Shown piece after piece: positions 27,297 to 35,242 of a stretch of DNA of 38,448 nucleotides. Location: NCBI GenBank assembly GCA_964017835.1, contig CAXHMP010000004.1, forward strand, positions 1-38,448. Direction: 5' to 3'. The stretch comes from an uncultured Alphaproteobacteria bacterium. GTDB lineage: Bacteria > Pseudomonadota > Alphaproteobacteria > Rs-D84. Numbering within the stretch: the stretch's first letter is position 1; each line of letters starts with the position of its first letter. Under the pieces are notes generated by a model. The model did not search any database. It saw only the letters and a program-made list of their open reading frames with translations, and was not told where the DNA came from. Made by a program: the position numbers and the translations under genes.

Positions 27297-27325
27297 TTGA
27301 CTTTTATCATAAATTATGATATTAT
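27297..27325 (+). promoter_or_regulatory. Near-consensus sigma70 promoter upstream of the phage-like gene block
   Basis: TTGACT (27297-27302), a 17-nt spacer and TATTAT (27320-27325). Confidence 0.5.
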
Positions 27326-27351
27326 ACCCATCAAGAAAAGTGAAGAATTTG

Positions 27352-27378
27352 TCCGCATCATCAGATGCGGATTTTTTT
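27352..27378 (+). terminator. Intrinsic terminator 1, about 20 nt after the predicted TSS
   Basis: TCCGCATC-ATCA-GATGCGGA is followed by TTTTTTT. Confidence 0.7.
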
Positions 27379-27408
27379 ATTCGCTTTTTAAAATAACATT
27401 TTTTCCAG

Positions 27409-27430
27409 CCGCACATTCGTGCGGTTTTTT
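27409..27430 (+). terminator. Intrinsic terminator 2
   Basis: CCGCAC-ATTC-GTGCGG is followed by TTTTTT, 24 nt before the hydrolase start codon. Confidence 0.65.
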
Positions 27431-27453
27431 CTGGCACAACAAGGATTGTTTCA

Positions 27454-27864
27454 ATGCAATTAAGACTGATAAAAAATACCGAACCGGCACGTGCGGCCCT
27501 GTATAAACTGGCGCGTATTATTTATGCGGAAACACGCGGACTGTCCCTGGCCGAGGCCGAGGCCTTGGCGTCGATGGTGGGAAACCTGTGCGCGCAGACG
27601 GGACGTGACATGAATGATATTGTGGCCGATGCGGATTTATTTGAATCTTTACGGCCACAATCAGACCGGCATTCATATTTAAATGTCAGTGTGGATGCGC
27701 GGGCCTTTCAAATGTGTTTGCGCGTGGTCCAGAAATTAATCAAGGGAAATCTGCCGGACAGGGCGCGTGGTGCCACGCGGTTTCATCGGGTGGAATTTCT
27801 GCCCGATTGGGCCGTGGCGCGCGGATATATCAAAGAAACGCCGCAACTGATGTTTTATCTGTGA
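27454..27864 (+). CDS. Cell wall hydrolase, SleB-like (Hydrolase_2 family); probable endolysin
   Basis: LARIIYAETRGLSLAEAEALASMVGN and ATRFHRVEFLPDWA...MFY match the SleB-type cell wall hydrolase pattern (ARxIYGEARGE ... FH....P.W ... FY). Confidence 0.75.
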   Translation: MQLRLIKNTEPARAALYKLARIIYAETRGLSLAEAEALASMVGNLCAQTGRDMNDIVADADLFESLRPQSDRHSYLNVSVDARAFQMCLRVVQKLIKGNLPDRARGATRFHRVEFLPDWAVARGYIKETPQLMFYL

Positions 27865-27884
27865 CGCAAAAAAAAGGAAAAATT

Positions 27885-28106
27885 GTGAACAAGTTTATCA
27901 AGGGTGGGTTCTTGGCCGGAAAAAGGACATACATTGTTTCCGGTATTGGAATTTTATCAGCCGTTGGGGCGTATTTGGTGGGCGATGCCGATATATTTGG
28001 CATGTTACAGACTATCTTTACGCTGGGCGGTATTTATTTCTTGCGCAAGGCAAGTGAAAACAAAGGGGAAGAAAATGGAAAACATTCCAGAAAAATTTCT
28101 GAATGA
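27885..28106 (+). CDS. Small membrane protein, holin-like (GTG start)
   Basis: VNKFIKGGFLAGKRTYIVSGIGILSAVGAYLVGDADIFGMLQTIFTLGGIYFLRKASENKGEE has two hydrophobic segments and a charged tail. AAGGAAA precedes the GTG. It lies directly after the hydrolase. Confidence 0.45.
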   Translation: MNKFIKGGFLAGKRTYIVSGIGILSAVGAYLVGDADIFGMLQTIFTLGGIYFLRKASENKGEENGKHSRKISE

Positions 28107-28731
28107 AGATGGAACGCTGAACACGGATGCGCTGATGAAATCGTATTCGGAATTGGAAAAGAAAATGGGGGCAATGATTTCGGTGCCGGCCGATGATGCA
28201 GACGCGGCCGCGCGTGAAAAATTCAATCGTGCCATCGGTGTTCCCGGCAGTGCCGATGATTATCCAAAAGATTCGATATTTGATGATGAAAATGTGCGTG
28301 CGAAATTTCTGGAAATTGGTTTGACATCAAAACAGGTGGAAAAAATTTATAAAATTGCCGAAGAATTTTTGTCGCCGGTCTTGGGACAAATTTTACAATC
28401 CCAGGATGAAGCCCAGGCGATGGCGGAATTGGAAAAGTTTTTTGGCGGTACGGATAAAATGAACGATGCATTAAATGCAATTAACACGTTCGGTGAAAAA
28501 TTTTTACCGGCCGATGCGTTTGATGCGCTGTGCGCCACACCCCAAGGAATCCAAAGCATGTACAAGATGATGCAATCAATGGAACCGGATGTTAAAACGG
28601 ATAAAAGCGCCATTGAAAATTTAAGTGATGCAGATTTGCGACGCATGATGCGTGACCCAAAATATTGGCGTGAACACGATGCGGAATACGTGCGAAAAAT
28701 TGAAAACGGTTTTAAAAAATTATATTCATAA
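28075..28731 (+). CDS. Putative capsid scaffolding/assembly protein
   Basis: MENIPEKFLNEDGTLNTDALMKSYSELEKKMG...DDYPKD is acidic and helical, a pattern I associate with podovirus scaffold proteins. It lies upstream of the capsid gene. The ORF opens at 27904; it is trimmed to the Met after AAAGGGGAAG. Confidence 0.5.
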   Translation: MENIPEKFLNEDGTLNTDALMKSYSELEKKMGAMISVPADDADAAAREKFNRAIGVPGSADDYPKDSIFDDENVRAKFLEIGLTSKQVEKIYKIAEEFLSPVLGQILQSQDEAQAMAELEKFFGGTDKMNDALNAINTFGEKFLPADAFDALCATPQGIQSMYKMMQSMEPDVKTDKSAIENLSDADLRRMMRDPKYWREHDAEYVRKIENGFKKLYS

Positions 28732-28845
28732 GAAAAATCGTGCGAAAAAATCACTTTCTTCTTTACTAATTTTTCTGTTTTAGATAAAATATAAATCAAG
28801 AACAAAAAAATTTGTTCTATCCAAAAACAGGAAAAGGAGAGAAGA

Positions 28846-29195
28846 ATGGCATTCACATTCTTGAAACCGGCCGCCAAGAAAGTCGCTGCGAAACCCGCCG
28901 CGAAACCGGCCGCAAAGAAAGTTGCTGCGAAACCCGCTGCGAAAAAAACCGTCGCGAAAAAAGCCGCGGTGAAACCGGCGGCGAAAAAAGTTGCCGCGAA
29001 ACCGGCCCGCGGAAAACAGTGCGGTGAAACGGCAGCGAAAAAACCGGTCGCCAAGAAAAGTCCCGCGACCGGCCGCCAAAGAAACCGGTCGCCGAAATAA
29101 AGCCCGGCGAAAAAAAACGGTGCGAAGAAGCCCCGGCCAAGAAACCTGTTGCGAAAAAAGCCCCGGCGAAAAAACCGGTCGCGAAAAAAAGATAA
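28846..29195 (+). CDS. Lys/Ala/Pro-repeat (histone H1-like) basic protein; repeat coding switches frame near 29060
   Basis: The first frame gives MAFTFLKPAAKKVAAKPAAKPAAKKVAAKPAAKKTVAKKAAVKPAAKKVAAKPA.. and stops at 29100. The same repeat type (PPKKPVAEIKPGEKK..APAKKPVAKKAPAKKPVAKKR*) continues in another frame to 29195. An AAGGAGAG SD and a terminator at 29198 are present. Confidence 0.5.
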
Positions 29196-29197
29196 TT

Positions 29198-29226
29198 AAA
29201 TCCCCGCGTTTGCGGGGATTTAATTT
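29198..29226 (+). terminator. Intrinsic terminator after the KAP-repeat gene
   Basis: AAATCCCCGC-GTTT-GCGGGGATTT is followed by a T-rich tail. Confidence 0.65.
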
Positions 29227-29510
29227 AGGGGAAATACATGTGCCGTTTTTTATCAGCATCGATTTGTAAATTAAATTGATATACATGTCGGTCATTAATC
29301 ATGTATGTCACATTGATTTGTTGGGTATAGATTGTTCAAAGTTATAAATTGAATTGTTTTTTTTGATAAAGCCTTCAGTCATATTGGTGCAATGTCGGTG
29401 TGACTGAATTTTTTATTATAAAAAAAATTAATGGAAAATCCCATCGCGGACCCATATTTGGATTTGTCCATCGGGCGCGAGCAAACCGCATAACCCGTCG
29501 ACAGATTTTT

Positions 29511-29538
29511 GCGCCACTTGTATGGGGCGCTTTTTTTT
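29511..29538 (+). terminator. Terminator-like hairpin immediately upstream of the capsid gene RBS
   Basis: GCGCC..GGCGC is followed by T8. A further hairpin TTCAGTCA/TGACTGAA plus T6 lies at 29374-29414. Confidence 0.45.
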
Positions 29539-29560
29539 AACAACAAAAAAAGGAATGTTT

Positions 29561-30382
29561 ATGTCTGTTTCAATAGACCAAGTCTTCGTAAAGCAATTCG
29601 AAGCGGATGTCCATTTGGCTTATCAGCAGATGGGTACCAAGTTGCGTGCAACTGTGCGCAGCAAATCTGGTGTTGTCGGTGCATCGACAACTTTCCAAAA
29701 AGTAGGCAAGGGCGTTGCCAGCACCAAGTCTCGCCATGGGATTGTGCCGGTGATGAACCTGAATCATGAACCGGTGGAATGTCTGTTACAGGATTATTAC
29801 GCCGGTGACTGGGTCGATGCGTTGGATGAATTGAAAATCAATATCGATGAACGTCGTGTTGTGGCGTCGGCCGGCGCGTATGCGTTGGGACGCAAAACCG
29901 ATGAACTGATTATCAAGGCCATGGGCCAGGCCACCGTTGATGCCGGTGATTATTCAACAAAACTGACCAAGGACTTGATTCTGACGGCGGTTGAAAAGTT
30001 GAATGAAAAAGATGTTCCCGATGATGGACGTCGTTTCGCAGTTGTCGGTGTTCAGCAGTGGAACCAATTGTTGGAAATGAGTGAATTTGTCTCCGCCGAC
30101 TTTGTGGGTGATGCCAATCCGTTGGTGAACGGGTTTGAATCCAGAAAATGGTTGGGCATTACATGGGTGTTGCACAATGGTTTGCCGGTTGATGGGGCGA
30201 ACCGCGACTGTTTTGTCTATCACGCGTCGGCTATCGGTCATGCGTGTGGCCAAGAAGTCAAATCGGACATCACATGGCATGGTGAACGTGCGGCACACTT
30301 TATCAGTAACAGTATGTCCCAGGGCGCTGTTTTAATCGATGGCGATGGTATTGTGCGCGTCAAATGCAAAGAAAATGCATAA
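29561..30382 (+). CDS. Putative phage major capsid protein
   Basis: It is about 273 aa. FVKQFEADVHLAYQQMGTKLRATV...AYALGRKTDELIIKAM resembles capsid proteins of small podoviruses as I remember them. It lies between scaffold-like and tail genes, and an AAAGGAA SD is present. Confidence 0.65.
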   Translation: MSVSIDQVFVKQFEADVHLAYQQMGTKLRATVRSKSGVVGASTTFQKVGKGVASTKSRHGIVPVMNLNHEPVECLLQDYYAGDWVDALDELKINIDERRVVASAGAYALGRKTDELIIKAMGQATVDAGDYSTKLTKDLILTAVEKLNEKDVPDDGRRFAVVGVQQWNQLLEMSEFVSADFVGDANPLVNGFESRKWLGITWVLHNGLPVDGANRDCFVYHASAIGHACGQEVKSDITWHGERAAHFISNSMSQGAVLIDGDGIVRVKCKENA

Positions 30383-30407
30383 GGCAAGATAACAAAAGGA
30401 AATATAA

Positions 30408-30662
30408 ATGGCTTTTCAAAATAAAAATTTGTCTGTTATCGCGTATGCTAATGGTTTCACGCTGTGGCATTACAGCGCGGACGAAAAATTATCGGTTATC
30501 GAAGCGCATGGATATTTTAATAATGTCAAAACGCTGATGAACATCGGTGACATTATTATCATCAATGGGTCTGATAATACCGCGATTAAAAAAATCAATA
30601 TTACCGAACCGGGTAATGTGACGACACAGGGACTGGCGGCCGGCACGGCGGCGGCTGAATAA
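30408..30662 (+). CDS. Small phage structural-module protein (84 aa), unknown function
   Basis: MAFQNKNLSVIAYANGFTLWHYSADE... follows tightly after the capsid gene, with an AAAGGAAA SD. Confidence 0.55.
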   Translation: MAFQNKNLSVIAYANGFTLWHYSADEKLSVIEAHGYFNNVKTLMNIGDIIIINGSDNTAIKKINITEPGNVTTQGLAAGTAAAE

Positions 30663-30687
30663 TCCAGGCGTCATGTAATCGCATGGT

Positions 30688-30717
30688 GGGGCGGTGTTTT
30701 TCATCGCCCCGTTTTTT
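30688..30717 (+). terminator. Intrinsic terminator
   Basis: GGGGCG-N11-CGCCCC is followed by GTTTTTT. Confidence 0.6.
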
Positions 30718-30740
30718 ACAAAAATATACAGGATTTTTTC

Positions 30741-31259
30741 ATGCTTACCAAAATTGATTTATGTTCAATGGCATTGTTGAAACTGGGCGAGGCACCCATT
30801 CAATCAATGACCGATGATACCGCGGCCGCACAATTGGCGCGAACATTGTTTGATCCAACAATTGAAACTTTGTTGGCCATGCATCCGTGGCGGTTTGCAT
30901 GTCGTATGTTTGAACTGAACAAAAATACAGACCAAAATTTTCAAATTCCGGCCGAAGTGCTGCGCGTGTTGAAATGCGACGGCCAGGTTATCGGGGACCG
31001 TGTTATCGCGCCGGGAAAAACGCTGCGGATGTGGGCGATTGTTCGCCAGAATGTTGAAAACTTCCCCAGTTATTTCGTGTCACTGGCGGTGACCAAGTTG
31101 GCGATGGAATTTTGTATCCCGTTGGTGGGGGAACAGAATATTTTGCGCATGCTGATTGCGCTGTATGAATCCGAAATGCAGGCCGCCAAGTTTATCGACA
31201 GCACCATTTCAATTAATCCAAAAATTGATGATTTTTCATTAATCAGTTCGCGTTTCTAA
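30741..31259 (+). CDS. Tail tubular protein A (T7 gp11)-like adaptor
   Basis: DLCSMALLKLGEAPIQSMTDDTAAAQLARTLFDPTIETLLAMHPWRFA parallels T7 gp11 VNDILASIGEPPVSTLEGD..A..A...L......IQSRGWTFN. Confidence 0.55.
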   Translation: MLTKIDLCSMALLKLGEAPIQSMTDDTAAAQLARTLFDPTIETLLAMHPWRFACRMFELNKNTDQNFQIPAEVLRVLKCDGQVIGDRVIAPGKTLRMWAIVRQNVENFPSYFVSLAVTKLAMEFCIPLVGEQNILRMLIALYESEMQAAKFIDSTISINPKIDDFSLISSRF

Positions 31260-31276
31260 AAATAAAGGATGACATA

Positions 31277-32989
31277 ATGGGGAATTTTATCAAAACGCAA
31301 AATTCATTTGCAAATGGTGAAGTCGCGCCAGAATTCTTTGCACGCGAAGATATTAACGGCATGTCGCGATTGGAAAACATGGATGTGTTGACCGGGGGTG
31401 GTTTGGCACGTCGGCGCGGGTTGGCGACGGTCGCAAATCTGGGGCGGGATGCGCGGTTGATTCCGATGACGGTTGCGGAAAATGAAAATTATCTGTTGGC
31501 GGTGGCGGCGGGTCATATATACATCTTTAAAAACGGCCAGAAAATCCAAGATTTAATTGCGCCGTGGTCGGTCGACGCGTTACAGAAATTGCAATATGCC
31601 CAACGGTTCGACACAATTATATTTGTTCATCCCGATTACCAGCCCCAGGTGTTGTCCAAAAATGGTGCGATGTTCAAACTGAATGTATTCAATTTTACCG
31701 TCAGTGATGATATGGATGTTTATATTCCGTTTATGAAGTTTGACGACGCCAGTGGTATCAAAATTTCCGTCACAACCCATTCCAATGGAAACAATTACGC
31801 GACATTTACAACCAGTTCGGCGTTTTGGACGCCTGAAAATGTCTTGGGGCGTGTCTTTTTATTAGGACGCCAGTGGCGGATTGCCGAATATGTCAGTCCG
31901 ACTGTTGTTGTCGCAATGACCAATGGTCAATGGAATTTGCCGTCGGGGCCGGTGTCCGACTGGTCCGAAGCCGCGTTCGGAACACGACGCGGGTGGCCGT
32001 GCAGTATTTCATTCCACCAGGACCGATTGGTGTTCGGCGGGTCGCGGTCATGGCCCAGTGGGGTGTGGATGTCCAAAGTTGGCCAGCACCACAACTTTGA
32101 TGCAGGTACCGGATTGGATGACGAGGCCATCTTTTTAACCCTGTTGTCCGAACAGCGTCAGCAAATCTGTACCGTGGTCAGCAGTGATAATCTGCAAATT
32201 CTGACGTCGGTGGGTGAATGGGCGATTTCCAGCAAGCCGCTGACGCCGTCCGCGGTTGATATCAAACAGCATACCGCCGTCGGCAGTGTGGCATCGCGAT
32301 ATTTGCCGCCGCAAAAAATCGAAGGCTGTACCGTCTTTATTTCCAGCAGCAAGAAAGATATTCGCGAATTGGCGCTGGACGAATTGGGGGTCAATTACAA
32401 TGCCAATGATTTGTGCGCATTGTCCAAACATTTGATGCAAGGGCCGGTGGATGTGGCCTATAACGAAGAAACGCATCAATTGTTTGTGGTGTTGGAAACG
32501 GGGGATATTGCCGTTCTGAATAAAAATTCGGCGTTGGGTATTGCTGCGTGGGGATTGTACAAAACCCAGGGAACGTTCAAGTCTGTGGCGGTTATGGACG
32601 GCGAAACGTATGTTGTCGTTGAACGTGGAAACGCAATCGGGATTGAAAAATTTTCGGACCAGGCATTAAATGATGCCGGCTCATACGGATTTTCGTACAC
32701 GGCGTCCGCGTTACCAATGTTAAGTGGCAAGCATACGCCCAAAAGAATTCGAATTCGTAAAATTACCGCGCGCGTGTTAAAGACAAAATCTGTCTTTATC
32801 AATGGTGTGCGCGCCCCCATTCCCAACGATGTCCAATTGCCAGATTCACCAGGCTTTACCGGCGACGTGACAATCAATTTGTTGGGGACGGCAATCAATA
32901 CCATTGACCCCATGTGGACAATTCACGGCAGTGAACAAATGCCTGCAACAGTCTTATCCGTCACCATGTACGGGTGGTATTTAATCTAG
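31277..32989 (+). CDS. Tail tubular protein B / nozzle-like protein
   Basis: The N-terminal pattern QNSFANGEVAPEFFAREDINGMSRLENMDVLTGGGLARRRG is typical of podovirus nozzle/stabilisation proteins as I remember them. It is 570 aa and lies directly after the gp11-like gene. Confidence 0.5.
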   Translation: MGNFIKTQNSFANGEVAPEFFAREDINGMSRLENMDVLTGGGLARRRGLATVANLGRDARLIPMTVAENENYLLAVAAGHIYIFKNGQKIQDLIAPWSVDALQKLQYAQRFDTIIFVHPDYQPQVLSKNGAMFKLNVFNFTVSDDMDVYIPFMKFDDASGIKISVTTHSNGNNYATFTTSSAFWTPENVLGRVFLLGRQWRIAEYVSPTVVVAMTNGQWNLPSGPVSDWSEAAFGTRRGWPCSISFHQDRLVFGGSRSWPSGVWMSKVGQHHNFDAGTGLDDEAIFLTLLSEQRQQICTVVSSDNLQILTSVGEWAISSKPLTPSAVDIKQHTAVGSVASRYLPPQKIEGCTVFISSSKKDIRELALDELGVNYNANDLCALSKHLMQGPVDVAYNEETHQLFVVLETGDIAVLNKNSALGIAAWGLYKTQGTFKSVAVMDGETYVVVERGNAIGIEKFSDQALNDAGSYGFSYTASALPMLSGKHTPKRIRIRKITARVLKTKSVFINGVRAPIPNDVQLPDSPGFTGDVTINLLGTAINTIDPMWTIHGSEQMPATVLSVTMYGWYLI

Positions 32990-33011
32990 GTTTGAATCAA
33001 AGGAGAAAAAA

Positions 33012-33359
33012 ATGGGACAAGCATTGACCGAAGTGACAAGTATTTTGGATTACAAAAAAGCCAAATCAGAGGCGAAAAAAGAAAAAAACAAAATTATGGA
33101 ACAAATTGCCGCTGATGAAAAATCCAAAACAAATCTGGTGAAAAAAACTTTGGCCGCCCAGCGCGCAAAGTACGGCGCCGCGGGAATGACCGGGCGCGGT
33201 ATGACCGAAGACGCGGTCTTAAAGCGTCTGAGAGAGGAAACCGAAGAACCATTTAACCAGAAAAAACAAGCCAATCTGGAAAAATTAAGTAAAATCAAAG
33301 TTCAAAAGCCAAATATATTGAAATCGTTATTGGCCAGATTTGACGAATTAATTGGTTAA
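33012..33359 (+). CDS. Small Lys-rich coiled-coil phage protein
   Basis: This is a 115-aa ORF with an AAAGGAGAAA SD. I recognised no family. Confidence 0.5.
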   Translation: MGQALTEVTSILDYKKAKSEAKKEKNKIMEQIAADEKSKTNLVKKTLAAQRAKYGAAGMTGRGMTEDAVLKRLREETEEPFNQKKQANLEKLSKIKVQKPNILKSLLARFDELIG

Positions 33360-33383
33360 TGTCGGCAACAAAACAAGGGGACA

Positions 33384-33935
33384 GTGATGTATAAAATTTC
33401 ATATACTGGGGACGGGGAAACAACCGAGTTTTTGTTTTCCTTTCCGTTTTTCCAGGATGCCGATATTCGTGTTGCGATTGACGACACGATTTTGGACCCG
33501 GACCAATACGGTGTGATTGCCAATGATGAGTTTGACGGTGGGCGGGTCGTGTTGGCCACGGTGCCATCCGTGGGTGAACGCGTCGATATATTCCGCCAAA
33601 TCGCATTGGCGCGCATTATCGATTACCAGCCAACCGCCAAAATTGACCCGGAACATTTGAACGCCGATTTTAATTTTTTATTAGAAGCGTTTCGTGACCT
33701 GCGTAATGTTGAAGTGGATTTATCACAATGGAACAACACGTTCGACAATGTGATGGAATTTTTGAACTATACAATGGAAATAATCAAAGACAAATTATCC
33801 GGGGGCGGGGTATTGGGGTTGTACATGAATCTGTTGACGGTGTTGGACGGGGCGTTGCCCAAACTAATCAATGATTACGGCAGCATTACCGAACCCGCCA
33901 ATAATGAAAATGGCGATGATTACGGATTACTATAA
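33384..33935 (+). CDS. Tail fibre protein, T7 gp17 N-terminal (tail-attachment) domain only
   Basis: YTGDGETTEFLFSFPFFQDADIRVAIDD..YGV....GGRVVLATVPSVGERVDIFRQ..LARIIDY...I..EHLNADFNFLL parallels T7 gp17 Y.LDGSNRDFNIPFEYL...V.V......Y.......I.L......G..I.I.R.T...R.VDF.DGS.L....LN. No receptor-binding C-terminal domain follows. Confidence 0.6.
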   Translation: MMYKISYTGDGETTEFLFSFPFFQDADIRVAIDDTILDPDQYGVIANDEFDGGRVVLATVPSVGERVDIFRQIALARIIDYQPTAKIDPEHLNADFNFLLEAFRDLRNVEVDLSQWNNTFDNVMEFLNYTMEIIKDKLSGGGVLGLYMNLLTVLDGALPKLINDYGSITEPANNENGDDYGLL

Positions 33936-34530
33936 TTTTTTGGATGAATGGAACCAGTTGTTGAACTTTCAAACGCCGGCACATCATAAAAAAATTATGG
34001 CGTTTTTGGTTGATGTATTGAACGGAACGCCACGGCGTGGATTACTGATGGCGTTTCGGCATTCGGGAAAATCAACCGTTGTCGGGATTTTTGCCGCATG
34101 TTTGTTATATCTGCGGCCCCAGACGCGCATTCTGATTTTATCCGCCGAAAGCGCATTGGCATCGCGGATGGTGGCGCATGTGCGGCATATCCTGGAAAAC
34201 CATCCACGGTGCAGCGATATGATTCCGGCGGTGAAAAAAGAATGGGGAACACATAAAATAACCATCAATCGTCCCATCGGTATTCGTGAACCGTCCGTCA
34301 TCTGCCAGGGGGTACATGGAAACATTACCGGATTGCGTGCGGATTTAATTATCTGTGACGATGTCGAGGTTCCAAATACCAGCAACACCGCCGCCAAGCG
34401 CAGCGCATTGCGGGAACGATTACGGGAATTGGATTTTATTTTGTCCCCGACCGGCACCATGATTTATGTCGGCACGCCGCATGCCATGGACACCATCTAT
34501 CGGGTCCAGGACGAGGATGAAGATGAGTAA
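33904..34530 (+). CDS. terL: Terminase large subunit, N-terminal ATPase half only
   Basis: Walker A is AFRHSGKST, Walker B is DLIICDDVE and the coupling motif is YVGTPH. The ORF ends at ..RVQDEDEDE*. The start is uncertain (33871, 33904, 33910 or 33916) and overlaps the end of the fibre gene. Confidence 0.72.
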   Translation: MKMAMITDYYNFLDEWNQLLNFQTPAHHKKIMAFLVDVLNGTPRRGLLMAFRHSGKSTVVGIFAACLLYLRPQTRILILSAESALASRMVAHVRHILENHPRCSDMIPAVKKEWGTHKITINRPIGIREPSVICQGVHGNITGLRADLIICDDVEVPNTSNTAAKRSALRERLRELDFILSPTGTMIYVGTPHAMDTIYRVQDEDEDE

Positions 34531-34546
34531 ATGCCCGCCGCGCGCC

Positions 34547-35218
34547 TTAGTTCGTGGTGGCGGGACGATTGTCGGCGGCGTCCTTGATGCTGCTGACAAA
34601 GATGCGCAGCCGCGACAGTAATTCCAGGCCGGCGTCCCCGAACATCGGTAAATACGTTTCGTATTCGGGCATGTCCGCCTGCAACTGGGCGCGTGACCGT
34701 TCGGACAACGGGGCATCCAACAGGTCGTTTGCCACCTTCCATAAAAAATAGGCGCGGGCGGTCTTGGTCACCGTCGCCCATTTTTCTAACAACTGGGGCT
34801 TGCCATTCAAGGCCGCGCGAATGCCGACCAGCCATTCGTCGCCAAATTTTTTCACCACACCCAACGATTGCAGCCGTGCCAGGCCGTCTTGGTCCGGGGT
34901 GAAATCATTAATCCCCGATTCCAATTCCCGCCATTCGGACGGCGTCAGCGGTATGGTTGCAACCGTGTCCGCCATCATCCCGCCATAGGGCAGTAAATCG
35001 TGGTCAATCGAATCCATGGGGGTGTGGCCCGTGCGCAGATTTTCAATATGCCGCGCCAGCAATTTGCCCGTCGGCAAGTTTTGCAGTTCGGCCATTACAT
35101 CCGGGGTGGCATCGGCAATGAACACTTTGTTCACCGCCGCCCATCCCCCAAAAATCACGTGTTGTTGACGATACAGGTTCAACAAACGTTGGGCAATGAT
35201 ATTTATTTTTTGATTCAT
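34547..35218 (-). CDS. Hypothetical protein (223 aa), last gene of the antisense module
   Basis: This is an intact ORF whose stop lies 16 bp from the terL-N stop. I recognised no motif. Confidence 0.6.
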   Translation of the reverse strand: MNQKINIIAQRLLNLYRQQHVIFGGWAAVNKVFIADATPDVMAELQNLPTGKLLARHIENLRTGHTPMDSIDHDLLPYGGMMADTVATIPLTPSEWRELESGINDFTPDQDGLARLQSLGVVKKFGDEWLVGIRAALNGKPQLLEKWATVTKTARAYFLWKVANDLLDAPLSERSRAQLQADMPEYETYLPMFGDAGLELLSRLRIFVSSIKDAADNRPATTN

Positions 35219-35242
35219 TCCGGTCCCCCCATCGCGGAAATG

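Noticed and set aside
28347-29295. Minus-strand ORFs of 235 and 171 aa (F/A/G-rich or R/F-rich repeats), and other plus frames over the KAP repeat
   Set aside because: They are reverse or shifted readings of the GCN-AAR repeat. A Phe/Ala/Gly polymer is not plausible, and the SD, start and terminator signals fit the plus-strand AKKP frame.
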